Positions 19,320 to 29,315 of a DNA stretch of 64,000 nucleotides are shown in pieces. Numbering within the stretch: the stretch's first letter is position 1; the number at the start of each line of letters is the position of its first letter. The stretch is from Halorutilales archaeon Cl-col2-1 (GTDB taxonomy: Archaea > Halobacteriota > Halobacteria > Halobacteriales > Afararchaeaceae), in NCBI GenBank assembly GCA_041891055.1, contig CP169074.1, positions 864,001 to 928,000 on the forward strand, in the 5' to 3' direction. Below the pieces are notes generated by a model. That model saw only the letters and a list, made by a program, of their open reading frames with translations, did not search any database and was not told where the DNA came from. The position numbers and the translations under genes are program-made.

Positions 19320-20807
19320 GTGAAAGTATTGGTACTGGCACGTCGCAGCCGTCTCGTCTTGCTCATCTCCGTAGCCCTGTGTCTTGTCTCTGTGTCTGGA
19401 CCCGCATCCGCCGAGATAGGCGAAGTAGACGGCTACTCCCATGACGACAGACTCGACATAAACACCTCCGACGGACTCTCCGACAACGAGGCGGAGGCTC
19501 TCGTCTCACGTAGCATGGCACGTGTCGAGTACATACGCGGGGTTGAGTTTAACTCGGAGATTCCCGTGAGGAGTATATCACGGTCGGAGTACCACGACAG
19601 GATGTCGGAGAGGGAGAGAAGATCTAACAGTAACAGAAACAGTAGTCTCTCCGACTGGAACAACCAGGTCTGGGAAGCCCTCTTCATAGTCGGAGAGAAC
19701 GACGACATCACCGACGAGATACACGGCGTCATCAACTCGAACGTCATAGGCTACTACTCCCCCGAGAACGACACCGTCTTCCTCGTGAGCGGTGCCTCGA
19801 AGATAGACGAGTCGACACTCGTCCACGAACTCGTCCACGCCCTCCAGGATCAGAGAGGTAAGCTTGAGGAGTTCAGAAACACGTCACTTCTCACACAGGA
19901 TCAGCAGCTCGCGTCGGACGCAGTCGTGGAGGGCGAGGCGAACTACATCATGTACAGGTACGAGGAGAGATGCGGCGACGGATGGGACTGCCTCGAAGGC
20001 GGATCGTCGTCGACGTCGGGGTCAGGGTCAGACGTCAACCTCGGTGTACTGATGACTATGTACGAGCCCTACTCAGACGGTCCCGGATACGTAGCCTCGC
20101 TCGTCGAAGACCGAGATGGGTACAGATGGAGCCGTCTCGAAGAAAGGTACGACGACCCGCCCGAGACGACTGAGGAGGTCATACATCTCGGTGGCTCAGG
20201 CGACGTCCCCGAGATTGAGTTCAACGACACGTCGTCACGTAACTGGAGTCTCTACGAACACGGCTACGACACAGTCGGCGAGGCGTCTGTCTTCACGATG
20301 TTCTGGTACCAGAGCTACAGATACGGGATCGATGCCACCAACACATCGGACTTCAGACAGCCCTCACGTCGGTACGGTATCTACAGATACGTCAGCCGAG
20401 CCTCCGCTGGATGGGGCAACGACAGAGTCTATCCCTACAAGACAGACGGCGGCGGGAACGGTTACGTCTGGAAGACTGTCTGGGACTCCAAGAGCGACGC
20501 CGACGAGTTCTACGACGCCTACACAGAGGTTCTCGAAGGACACGGAGCCGAGAGACACGGAGAGGCGTGGGTGATACCCGACGGCGAGTTCGCCGACGCT
20601 TTCCACGTCACGAAGGATGGAAAGACAGTAAAGATCGTCAACGCGCCCGACATCGAGAGTCTGAGCGGGATAGACCAGAGTATAGAGAGGTCAGAGCCAG
20701 TCAGAGGTGTCTCAGTGGGATTTGGGACGCCCGAGAGGATAGCCGTCGGGGTCTTTGTCGTCTTCGTGGCTCTCTTATCGGCGGCAGCATACCTCGGACG
20801 TGACTGA
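19320..20807 (+). CDS. Surface protein with HExxH motif (Hvo_1808-like)
   Basis: Signal peptide, MARVEYIRG, LVHELVHALQDQ, EGEA, C-terminal TM anchor. Confidence 0.8.
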   Translation: MKVLVLARRSRLVLLISVALCLVSVSGPASAEIGEVDGYSHDDRLDINTSDGLSDNEAEALVSRSMARVEYIRGVEFNSEIPVRSISRSEYHDRMSERERRSNSNRNSSLSDWNNQVWEALFIVGENDDITDEIHGVINSNVIGYYSPENDTVFLVSGASKIDESTLVHELVHALQDQRGKLEEFRNTSLLTQDQQLASDAVVEGEANYIMYRYEERCGDGWDCLEGGSSSTSGSGSDVNLGVLMTMYEPYSDGPGYVASLVEDRDGYRWSRLEERYDDPPETTEEVIHLGGSGDVPEIEFNDTSSRNWSLYEHGYDTVGEASVFTMFWYQSYRYGIDATNTSDFRQPSRRYGIYRYVSRASAGWGNDRVYPYKTDGGGNGYVWKTVWDSKSDADEFYDAYTEVLEGHGAERHGEAWVIPDGEFADAFHVTKDGKTVKIVNAPDIESLSGIDQSIERSEPVRGVSVGFGTPERIAVGVFVVFVALLSAAAYLGRD

Positions 20808-20855
20808 TACACCGGGCGCGCCAGATTCAAATACTTTCGTCTGGGAGTAAGTCGC

Positions 20856-23342
20856 ATGTCCAGAGTCCTCTGGTTCGACGAGATAGGATCGGGTGACACG
20901 GCGTCAGTCGGAGGGAAAAGTGCTAACTTAGGTGTCCTCGCAAACGAGGTCGACGTCCCCGTTCTCCCGGGATTTGCGACCACCGCCGAAGCCTACGACG
21001 ACTACATAAGACACAACGACCTAGACGACGAGATACGTGAGACTCTCTCGGGGATCGACACCCACGACACAGCCGACCTCCGGAGACGTGGCAGTAAGAT
21101 ACGTTCACTCATACTCGGTGGCGAGATGCCGGACGACCTCCGCGACGAGATAGCCGAGTCTTACTCCGAGCTCAGCGACCGTCTCGGGGTCGAGAACCCC
21201 GGCGTAGCCGTGCGTTCATCTGCGACCGCGGAGGATCTCCCGGGGGCTTCTTTCGCGGGACAGCAGGAGACCTTTCTCAACATCTCGGGGGAGGAAGAAG
21301 TAGTCGAGAGCGTCAAGGGATGTTACGCCTCCCTCTTCACTGACAGGGCTATCTCGTACAGGGAGGACAAGGGATTCGACCATCTCGAAGTCAAGCTCTC
21401 AGCCGCTGTCCAGAAGATGGGGAACGCAGGTGAGGGGGTCTCGGGAGTGACCTTCACGATAGACCCCGACACGGGTTTCGAGAACGCCCTCGTCATAAAC
21501 GCGAGCTACGGCTTCGGCGACCTCGTCGTACAGGGGGAGATCAACCCCGACGAGTTCACAGTCTTCAAGCAGAACCTCGGTATTATAGAGAGAAGGCTCG
21601 GCGACAAGCAGGAGAAGCTCGTTAGACGCGAGGGAGAAAACGTCAGTGTCGAAGTGCCAGACGAAGACTCGGGGTCTTTCTGTGTCTCCGACGAACGGGT
21701 CAGAGAGGTAGCAGAGTACGGAATGCGTGTCGGGGAGCATTACGGCAGACCCATGGACGTCGAATGGATACTCGACGGGGACACCGACGAGGTTTTCGTG
21801 ATACAGGCGAGACCCGAGACTGTCGAGTCGGAACGTGACCCGAACGTAGTAGAGAAGTACCGTCTCAGGGACGAGTCGGAGGTCTTGTCGAGAGGCAGCG
21901 CGGTAGGGTCGAGGATAGGTGCGGGAGTCGCACGCGTCTTAGAGTCGCCGGAAGAGATCGACGAGTTCGGTGAAGACGAGGTTCTGGTTACTTCGAGAAC
22001 AGACCCCGACTGGGAGCCCATAATGAAGAAAGCCGCGGCGATAGTCACAGACAAGGGCGGAAGGACGTCCCACGCCGCGATAGTCTCGCGCGAACTCGGT
22101 ATTCCGGCTGTGATAGGAACCGACGACGGTACTTCTGTGATAGAGACGGGCGACGAGGTCACAGTCGACGCCTCGGAGTCGGAGGGAAAGGTCTGGTCGG
22201 GGATTCTCGACTTCGAGGTCGAGACACACAGACTCGACGAGATTCCGGAGACAGATACTGAGGTTCTCGTCAACATAGGTGTGCCGTCTAAGGCGTTCGA
22301 GGTCGCACAGCTTCCCGTAGACGGAGTGGGTCTCGCACGTGAGGAGTTCATAATCTCGTCGGAGGTCGGCGTACATCCTCTCAAGCTGATGGAGGAGGGA
22401 AGAGAGGACGAGTACGTCGAGTCTCTCAGGTCGGGAGTCGGGAAGATAGGAGCGGCGTTCTACCCCGACGACGTCGTACTCCGTCTCAGCGACTTCAAGT
22501 CGGACGAGTACGCCGAGCTCAGAGGAGGAGACGAGTACGAGACCGAGGAGTCGAACCCGATGCTCGGATTCAGGGGGGCGGCGCGTTACTACGACGACGA
22601 GTTCTCGGCGGCGTTCGAACTCGAATGTAGAGCCATAAGGAAGGCGATAGACAGCCTCGGACTCGACAACCTCAAGGTGATGGTGCCGTTCTGCCGAACC
22701 GTCGAGGAGGGCGAGAGGGTACGTGAGAAGATGAAGGAGTACGGTCTCGACGAGGGCGACATGGATATCTACGTCATGGCTGAGGTTCCGTCGAATGTCG
22801 TCGCCGCCGACGGCTTCGCGCAGAACTTCGACGGCTTCTCTGTCGGAACCAACGACCTGACACAGCTTACACTCGGTGTCGACAGGAACAGCGACAGGCT
22901 CTCGGAACTCTTCGACGAGAGGGACGTCGCTGTCAAGAGATCGGTGAGATCGCTCGTAGAGAAGGCGAAGATACTGGGTCTCCACACCGGAATCTGTGGC
23001 GACGCTCCGAGCACACACGAAGGATACGCTGAGTTTCTCGTCGAGACGGGTATAGACTCGGTCTCAGTCTCGTCGGACGTCGCCCTCGAAACTATACTAC
23101 GTGTCGCGGAGGCGGAGGGAGAGATGGACGGAACGGTAGAGTCAGATATAGATATGGTCGGCTGTGTGAGGGAAGTCATCGAAGTCCTCGGAGAGGAAAA
23201 GGCCACGTCAGAAGAGCTGAGTCAGAAGACGGGGATGGATACAGAGGACGTCTCTCAGGCACTCGGCTGGCTCCTCAACGAGAACTGGGTCGAAGTCGAA
23301 AAAGGACACAGAAAGAAGGAATACAGCCTGTGTCTCTACTGA
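20856..23342 (+). CDS. ppsA: Phosphoenolpyruvate synthase with C-terminal winged-helix extension
   Basis: VGGKSANLG, AVRSSATAED, GGRTSHAAIVSRE, GTNDLTQ, GICGD. Confidence 0.95.
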   Translation: MSRVLWFDEIGSGDTASVGGKSANLGVLANEVDVPVLPGFATTAEAYDDYIRHNDLDDEIRETLSGIDTHDTADLRRRGSKIRSLILGGEMPDDLRDEIAESYSELSDRLGVENPGVAVRSSATAEDLPGASFAGQQETFLNISGEEEVVESVKGCYASLFTDRAISYREDKGFDHLEVKLSAAVQKMGNAGEGVSGVTFTIDPDTGFENALVINASYGFGDLVVQGEINPDEFTVFKQNLGIIERRLGDKQEKLVRREGENVSVEVPDEDSGSFCVSDERVREVAEYGMRVGEHYGRPMDVEWILDGDTDEVFVIQARPETVESERDPNVVEKYRLRDESEVLSRGSAVGSRIGAGVARVLESPEEIDEFGEDEVLVTSRTDPDWEPIMKKAAAIVTDKGGRTSHAAIVSRELGIPAVIGTDDGTSVIETGDEVTVDASESEGKVWSGILDFEVETHRLDEIPETDTEVLVNIGVPSKAFEVAQLPVDGVGLAREEFIISSEVGVHPLKLMEEGREDEYVESLRSGVGKIGAAFYPDDVVLRLSDFKSDEYAELRGGDEYETEESNPMLGFRGAARYYDDEFSAAFELECRAIRKAIDSLGLDNLKVMVPFCRTVEEGERVREKMKEYGLDEGDMDIYVMAEVPSNVVAADGFAQNFDGFSVGTNDLTQLTLGVDRNSDRLSELFDERDVAVKRSVRSLVEKAKILGLHTGICGDAPSTHEGYAEFLVETGIDSVSVSSDVALETILRVAEAEGEMDGTVESDIDMVGCVREVIEVLGEEKATSEELSQKTGMDTEDVSQALGWLLNENWVEVEKGHRKKEYSLCLY

Positions 23343-23734
23343 TCCCTGTCCGTGTCGAGGCTCAACTCGGGCTCCCTCAGGATTAGCTCGGTGCCGTCTC
23401 TCTCGGAGCTACGGGCTCTGCGTTTAGCTTCGCGGTTTATCCGCCGGAGGTAGTCGACGTCGATACCTCTGTAAGTCGACGGTATCTCTTCGAGGTATAT
23501 CAGGGCACTCGTCGAGAGGCTCCTGACTCCCTCGGGATTGCCTCTCGTGAGATGGACATAGACCGCCGCAGTCTGTATCAGACCCTGGAGGAAGTTCTTG
23601 TTGTCACCCACGACTCCGTGCCACTCGTCCTCCCAGACCTCGTGAGCCTCGAAGTACTCGCCTTCGTTGAAGAGACGGACACCCTCGGCTAGGTCGTCGG
23701 TAATACGATCGTGGTCGTGGAATTTGTCTGACAT
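23336..23734 (-). CDS. DUF309 family protein
   Basis: LFNEGEYFEAHEVWEDEW...QGLIQ. Confidence 0.85.
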   Translation of the reverse strand: MSDKFHDHDRITDDLAEGVRLFNEGEYFEAHEVWEDEWHGVVGDNKNFLQGLIQTAAVYVHLTRGNPEGVRSLSTSALIYLEEIPSTYRGIDVDYLRRINREAKRRARSSERDGTELILREPELSLDTDRDQ

Positions 23735-23735
23735 A

Positions 23736-23966
23736 TCAGTGCCTGTAAAGCTGTATTCTCTCGTCGCCTCTTACGACACAGAAGCTGAAAGGCTTGTCGG
23801 GGCTGAACGAGTTACACGTCTCCCCCGACTCCATCACGACCTCGAACTCACGTCCACACGCCGGACAGTCGAGTCCCTTCATGTTCCTGAAAGACCTCTT
23901 CGTGCCGGCGTCCTTCACGAGCTTGAGCTTACGTCTCTCGGAGTCGAGGTCGATAGGCGAGCACAT
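23736..23966 (-). CDS. Small CPxCG zinc-finger protein
   Basis: CPACGREF motif, 76 aa. Confidence 0.7.
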   Translation of the reverse strand: MCSPIDLDSERRKLKLVKDAGTKRSFRNMKGLDCPACGREFEVVMESGETCNSFSPDKPFSFCVVRGDERIQLYRH

Positions 23967-23980
23967 CTCTCGAATCTGAG

Positions 23981-25225
23981 CTAAGACCTTATCTTCTCGG
24001 CGACGAGTTCAGCGAACTCACTAGTCGAGACCTTCTCTCCGCCGTCTATCTGTCTGTGGATGTCGTAGGTAACTGTTCCGTCCTGTATCGTCTCCTCGAC
24101 TGCGTCCCTGACGAGATCGGCGGCGTCGTCCCAGCCGAACTCCTCGAGCATTATACGTCCCGTGAGTATCATCGCGGTCGGGTTGACCTTGTCCTCTCCG
24201 GCGTACTTCGGCGCGCTTCCGTGGACGGGCTCGAAGACCCCTAAGACGTCGCCTATGTTACTACCGGGTGCGACACCGAGACCTCCGACCTGTCCCGCGG
24301 CGGCGTCCGAGAGGTAGTCGCCGTTGAGGTTGGGAAGAGCGAGTATGTCGTACTCGTCTGTACGTGTCAGGATCTGCTGGAGCATGTTGTCGGCTATCCT
24401 GTCCTTTATGACGACCTTGTCGTCGGGCTTCTCGCCGTCGTACTCGTCCCAGAGCTCGTCTTCTGTGATGACCTTCTCGGGGAACTCGTCCTCGGCGAGT
24501 TCGTAGCCCCAGTCACGGAAGGCACCCTCGGTGAACTTCATTATATTGCCCTTGTGGACAAGTGTGACCGAGTCGCGGTCTCTGTCTATCGCGTACTCTA
24601 TCGACTTCCTCACGAGCCTCTTAGTCTTGTGTTCGCTTATGGGCTTGACACCGATTCCGGCGTCGTCGGGTATGTCACAGTCCATCTCGTCGTTGAGGAA
24701 CTCCCTGACGTCGTCGACATCGTCGGTTCCCTCCTCCCACTCGATTCCGGCATAGACGTCCTCGGTAGCCTCCCTGAAGACGACCATGTCCATCTCCTCG
24801 GGCGACTTGACGGGCGAGGGGACTCCGTCGAGGTAGTAGACTGGACGTATGTTGGCGTAGAGGTCGAGACCCTTACGTATCGCGACGTTGAGTGAGCGGA
24901 ATCCCGCGCCGACGGGTGTCGTGAGGGGTCCTTTGAGGGCGACCTTGAAATGGCGTATCGCGTCGAAGGTCTCGTCGGGGAGGAGCTCTCCGTACTCGTC
25001 CTCGGCGCGCTCCCCGGCGTAGATCTCGGTCCAGTGTATCTCGCGTCCCGTCTCCTCGGCGGCGGCGTCGAGAACCTTCCTCGCAGCGGGCGAGACGTCC
25101 TGTCCTATGCCGTCTCCCGTGATGTAGGGAACTATCGGGCTGTCGGGGACTACGAGGTCTTCGTCCTCGACCTGTATGACCTCTCCGTCTTCTGGTACTT
25201 CTACGTTGTCGAAATCGGCTGCCAT
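23981..25225 (-). CDS. icd: Isocitrate dehydrogenase (NADP+)
   Basis: GDGIG, KGPLTTPVG, HKGNIMKFTEG, NLNGDY, HGSAPKY. Confidence 0.97.
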   Translation of the reverse strand: MAADFDNVEVPEDGEVIQVEDEDLVVPDSPIVPYITGDGIGQDVSPAARKVLDAAAEETGREIHWTEIYAGERAEDEYGELLPDETFDAIRHFKVALKGPLTTPVGAGFRSLNVAIRKGLDLYANIRPVYYLDGVPSPVKSPEEMDMVVFREATEDVYAGIEWEEGTDDVDDVREFLNDEMDCDIPDDAGIGVKPISEHKTKRLVRKSIEYAIDRDRDSVTLVHKGNIMKFTEGAFRDWGYELAEDEFPEKVITEDELWDEYDGEKPDDKVVIKDRIADNMLQQILTRTDEYDILALPNLNGDYLSDAAAGQVGGLGVAPGSNIGDVLGVFEPVHGSAPKYAGEDKVNPTAMILTGRIMLEEFGWDDAADLVRDAVEETIQDGTVTYDIHRQIDGGEKVSTSEFAELVAEKIRS

Positions 25226-25246
25226 ACTACAGACTGAGTCGCGCGT

Positions 25247-25741
25247 CTAATGGTTCTTGCGCTCTCGGGCTTCGCGTCCGAGTGAGACAAGGGTCTCGAA
25301 GGTCGAGTACGTGAAGGTAATATGTGTCAGTTCGTCGTCGTCGGGTAGGGAGCCGAAGACATCTACGGCGTCGACCTCGTCGTCGGTCTCACGCACCTCG
25401 TCGCCTATCTCCCCGACGAAGGCTCTTCCCTCGATGACGTGGTCTTCTCCCTCGACGTCGTAGGTCTCTTCTATGACGGCGAAGGGATCGGGGTCGACGA
25501 GTTCATAACCCGTCTCCTCCTCGAACTCCCTCGCCGCCGCGTCGGCGTAGGTCTCTCCGTCCTCAACCTTTCCGCCGGGTATCTCCCATCCCCTGTCGTC
25601 GTCGGAGTTCCTGACGAGAACGAAGTCCCCCGAGTCGTCGAAGGCTACCGAGAGCGAGAAGGCGTCGTGTGACGGAGGTCTGTCGGCGCTCGTAGAAGTC
25701 TCAATTAGATCCAGACGTCTCTCGTCTGTCTCCTGTTCCAT
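25247..25741 (-). CDS. NUDIX hydrolase
   Basis: PGGKVEDGET...AAAREFEEETG Nudix box. Confidence 0.9.
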   Translation of the reverse strand: MEQETDERRLDLIETSTSADRPPSHDAFSLSVAFDDSGDFVLVRNSDDDRGWEIPGGKVEDGETYADAAAREFEEETGYELVDPDPFAVIEETYDVEGEDHVIEGRAFVGEIGDEVRETDDEVDAVDVFGSLPDDDELTHITFTYSTFETLVSLGREARERKNH

Positions 25742-25860
25742 GTCACGTATTCGATGCCCAGTAGTATCAAGCTTAGGTTTAAGTTGTCATACGTCCGTCT
25801 TACTTTTTTCAGGTCGAAATTAACAGAAAGTATTTATCTGACGCATACGTTCTTGCGTAT

Positions 25861-25915
25861 GTGGAGCCAAAGAATTGGCACCACGTGCCCTCCTTCCTGG
25901 GGTCTTAGAGACCCC
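25861..25915 (+). ncRNA. Candidate small RNA (two hairpins flanking CCCTCCTTCC)
   Basis: GAAAGTATTTATC BRE/TATA-like site ~25 nt upstream; hairpins GTGGAGCCAA/TTGGCACCAC and GGGGTCT/AGACCCC. Confidence 0.35.
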
Positions 25916-25924
25916 GTCTGAGAA

Positions 25925-28201
25925 TCACAGTTGACTAACTTGTAATTTGTCCCGAATGTAGTCGAGAGGCGATCTGAGACTGACAGCGAAGCCGAGACGT
26001 TTAGTCTCACGTACTGTAGAGTCGGCGTCGTCTACCGCCGCCTTAACGTCGGTAGCCGGGACACCGTCGGAGTAGGCTGACCTCTCGTGTGCCTCTATAA
26101 GCGCGGGCAGTTCGCCCTCCCCGAGAGTCCTCTCGACGTAGTCACGGAAGGTCTCGCCACGCCGTCTCCGACCGTGTCTACGTGAGATAGCCGCCTCAGC
26201 ACGCCGTCTTGCGGTCGAGACTGTGCGCGACCGTGCTTCGTGGCTCCGTGTCGACGTGACCTGAAGCCTCAGACGGAGCCGCTTGGCTACGTCTCCGAAG
26301 AAACCTGTGAGATGGAGAACGACGGCAGTGACTCCCAGAGACAGAGCCTCGGATACGGAGACGGGTATCCCGGAAGAGACGACGGAGAGTAGAGAGGCGT
26401 CGGATTCGGAGTTACTGTACCCCGCCCTGACTGTCGTATTTTCGGAAGAAGTAGACGTGTTAGTCGTCTGGTCGGAGGAGTCGGTGGTGTTAGTCGCGCT
26501 CGTGTTCGGGTCGGTCGGCGGTGTCTGTCTATCGGTCTGTGTCTCGTTTGGGCTCGGAATGTCGGTAGACGGCGGAGGGGTTCTTCCGGGAACCATCAGA
26601 GCCTCCTGTGTCTCGCGCGGAGCCGAGGGAGTGGGGTCGAAGTCGACCCAGCCGACGTCGGGGAAGTAGACCTGTACCCAGGCGTGTGAGTCGACGCCTC
26701 TCTGTCCCCAGGTGTCCTCGCCGACCGAGTCTCCCGGGAGGTATCCCGTGACGTATCTCGCGGGAACCCCCTGTGTGCGTAACATGGCTGTCATAGAAGT
26801 CGCGTAGTAGACACAGTATCCCTCCTCCATCCCGAAGACGAACGAGTCAGCGACCCCGCCGCGTGTCGAGTTAGGTCTCTCGACCTGTAACGAGTACTCC
26901 TTGTTGGTCTCAAGCCAGTCCTCGACCGACTCCGCCTTCGCGTACGCAGTCGGGTCGCCACGTGTGATATCGGAGGTCTTCTCGGCGAGTCTCTCGGGTA
27001 CCGTCTCGGGAGTCTGGAGGTACCTCTCACGTATCTCGGGAGGATACTCCGAGGACGAGGACGACAGTGCCTCTACGACCCTTCTGTTTTCGGGAGCCAC
27101 GCCGCTCGTGACCCTGTAAGAAATGTCGGTGTCAGTCTCGGAGGTCTCGGAGGTCTCGGAGGCTTCGAGGTATCCGTCGGTGGAGATAGTAGGACCGCCC
27201 TCGACGTCCACGGGCTTGTAGACAGAGGGTCGTATCCCGAGACCCGACGAGTTGAGGTTTACTCTCTGGGTCACGAAGTCTCTTACCTCGGGAGGTGGCT
27301 GTGCTCTGGTCGATGTCGAAGCCGACTGTGTCCTCACCCAGCTCTCTCCCGAGTACCTGTCGTAGACCGAGACGACCATGTACTCGGGTACTCTCTCCGA
27401 CTCGATCGTGTAGATCCGACGTGTCGTGAGATCCGCCCCCTCGGAGATGTCGTAGGTGTCGGACGCCTTCGCAAAGCCCGTACTTACCCCGGATCCGCCG
27501 CTACCACCGTCGCCTCTTCCATCTCCCCCGAGTATTCCGGTCTCGTCGCCGGGTACAGCCGTCACCACGAGAGGCGACGCCGCGACGACTAATAGGGTGA
27601 GGAGGACAGTCGTATACGCCGACTTCGGAGGGCGTTGATCCTCGGCTAGACGGTCGATCTCGCCGAATCCGACGGCTGATATACCCCCCGTGACTCCGAG
27701 GAGTACGAGAGTCGAGTCGGCGTCTCCGGTCAGGACGAAGAAGCCGAGGACGGCACCCGCGACTCCCGTCGCTCCGACGTATCTCGTCGTGAGGACGAGG
27801 TAGACCGAGACGAAGAGTGGTATCGGGACGAAGAAGACCGACCAGACGCCAGCGTTGAGTATCCTCATCACCGACATACTCCCCGTCGCAAATCCGACGG
27901 CGTCGGAGACTAAGTGGTTTAGACTGAATACACCGGGAGGGAGTGTCGTGAGATAGACCGCGGCGGAGACAGACGAGACGGCGACCCCGACAGCCGCGAG
28001 TCGGCGTGTGTCGACCTCCGAGAGACGTGAGAACGAGGCTCCGACACCGAGTCCTACGGCTGCGGCTGATACGCCGAGGAAGACTGTCGAGTTTCCCGTC
28101 ACCGAAGCTATACGTCTCAGAGTCTCGAAGAAGGAGTAGACTAAAAGACCCGCCCCGGCTGTCGCAAGAAGACGTGGGATGCCGACTTTGGGAGTCTTCA
28201 G
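25925..28201 (-). CDS. Membrane transglutaminase-like (TgpA) protein
   Basis: N-terminal TMs, GYCVYYATSM, HAWVQVYFP..GW..FDPT triad; start probably CTG at 28201 (ORF track starts at 28102). Confidence 0.85.
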   Translation of the reverse strand: MKTPKVGIPRLLATAGAGLLVYSFFETLRRIASVTGNSTVFLGVSAAAVGLGVGASFSRLSEVDTRRLAAVGVAVSSVSAAVYLTTLPPGVFSLNHLVSDAVGFATGSMSVMRILNAGVWSVFFVPIPLFVSVYLVLTTRYVGATGVAGAVLGFFVLTGDADSTLVLLGVTGGISAVGFGEIDRLAEDQRPPKSAYTTVLLTLLVVAASPLVVTAVPGDETGILGGDGRGDGGSGGSGVSTGFAKASDTYDISEGADLTTRRIYTIESERVPEYMVVSVYDRYSGESWVRTQSASTSTRAQPPPEVRDFVTQRVNLNSSGLGIRPSVYKPVDVEGGPTISTDGYLEASETSETSETDTDISYRVTSGVAPENRRVVEALSSSSSEYPPEIRERYLQTPETVPERLAEKTSDITRGDPTAYAKAESVEDWLETNKEYSLQVERPNSTRGGVADSFVFGMEEGYCVYYATSMTAMLRTQGVPARYVTGYLPGDSVGEDTWGQRGVDSHAWVQVYFPDVGWVDFDPTPSAPRETQEALMVPGRTPPPSTDIPSPNETQTDRQTPPTDPNTSATNTTDSSDQTTNTSTSSENTTVRAGYSNSESDASLLSVVSSGIPVSVSEALSLGVTAVVLHLTGFFGDVAKRLRLRLQVTSTRSHEARSRTVSTARRRAEAAISRRHGRRRRGETFRDYVERTLGEGELPALIEAHERSAYSDGVPATDVKAAVDDADSTVRETKRLGFAVSLRSPLDYIRDKLQVSQL

Positions 28202-29313
28202 ATTAAATCACCTCTCGAAGGCTTGTTGCCGACCGAGTGGTCAGGATCTGCCTTCGTCTCGGCTATCTCAGAGAACACGTGGCTCTGGTTCGGGGTGTGT
28301 ATGACAGCCACCTCTTCGGAGGCGTCGTCCTCGACGGTTACGGTTAGAGTAGGATCGGAGGCTCGTTCATCGTCGACCTCGGTCTCAGACGTGTCGGGAC
28401 TCGTTTTGTCGTCACCATACGAGAGTCCTACGGCTGCGAGATGTCGGAGAAACGAGTCGAAGCTCGCGTCGCCGGCTTCGATAGTCTTACGCGAGGTTCT
28501 CAGACCGACTTCATAGCCCCTCTTCGACAGAAGAAGGAGTAGGCTCGCGGCGGCTCTCGCAGCCTCATCGGCTGTCTCACGTCTCGTGGTCTCGGGGACT
28601 GAGACAGACACCACGGCTTCGGTGTCTCCTGAGTCAGACTCCGACGCCGAGACGTAGTCACGTACGAGGAGACCGTCGACGGAGCCAGCACTCAGTCTCC
28701 AGTCGACGTCCTTGAGAGGGTCTCCGACCTCGTAGGTTCTGACTGTGTCACTGCCTCTTTCCGGAGACGTGTCCCTCGGGAGACCGTCGCCCTCTGAGAC
28801 GAAAACCGCCGAAGACCTCAAGACGTAGGGTCGGGGTACGACTGCTAACTCGGTCTGTGAAACGAAGCCCTCGGTACGGTAAAACAGACCGAAGTAGTCG
28901 GTGAGTCTCAGACCCACGGAGACCGATCCGTAGACTCCTCTCGGAAGCCTCACGTGTCGGCGGAAGTCGTGGGTTCCCTCCCTCAGAAAGACAGAGCCGG
29001 TCAGGCTGACACGGCTGTCTCCGTCCGTCCGAAGATCCACGTCTAGTCTGGCTTTAGCCTCGGTCTCCGACTCGACGACGACAGTGACCTCGGCTTCGTC
29101 GTCCTCGAAGACTGTCTCGGGAGACTCTACTGAGACTCCGAAGTCGCTGCGGCTTAGCCTCGCCACACGTAGACCGCTCACGACAAAGACGGCTCCGAGG
29201 GGTGCGGCGACGTAGTTGAGTGACCTCGCTCCGAAGCCGAGAGCCGACGCCTCAGCTACGGCTAAGACACCGAGGGCTGCCCAGCCGCGTCTTGTGAGTC
29301 TAACCCCGAGCAT
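28198..29313 (-). CDS. DUF58 family protein
   Basis: VRTYEVGDPLKDVDWRLSA; between MoxR and transglutaminase genes. Confidence 0.85.
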   Translation of the reverse strand: MLGVRLTRRGWAALGVLAVAEASALGFGARSLNYVAAPLGAVFVVSGLRVARLSRSDFGVSVESPETVFEDDEAEVTVVVESETEAKARLDVDLRTDGDSRVSLTGSVFLREGTHDFRRHVRLPRGVYGSVSVGLRLTDYFGLFYRTEGFVSQTELAVVPRPYVLRSSAVFVSEGDGLPRDTSPERGSDTVRTYEVGDPLKDVDWRLSAGSVDGLLVRDYVSASESDSGDTEAVVSVSVPETTRRETADEAARAAASLLLLLSKRGYEVGLRTSRKTIEAGDASFDSFLRHLAAVGLSYGDDKTSPDTSETEVDDERASDPTLTVTVEDDASEEVAVIHTPNQSHVFSEIAETKADPDHSVGNKPSRGDLI

Positions 29314-29315
29314 TC

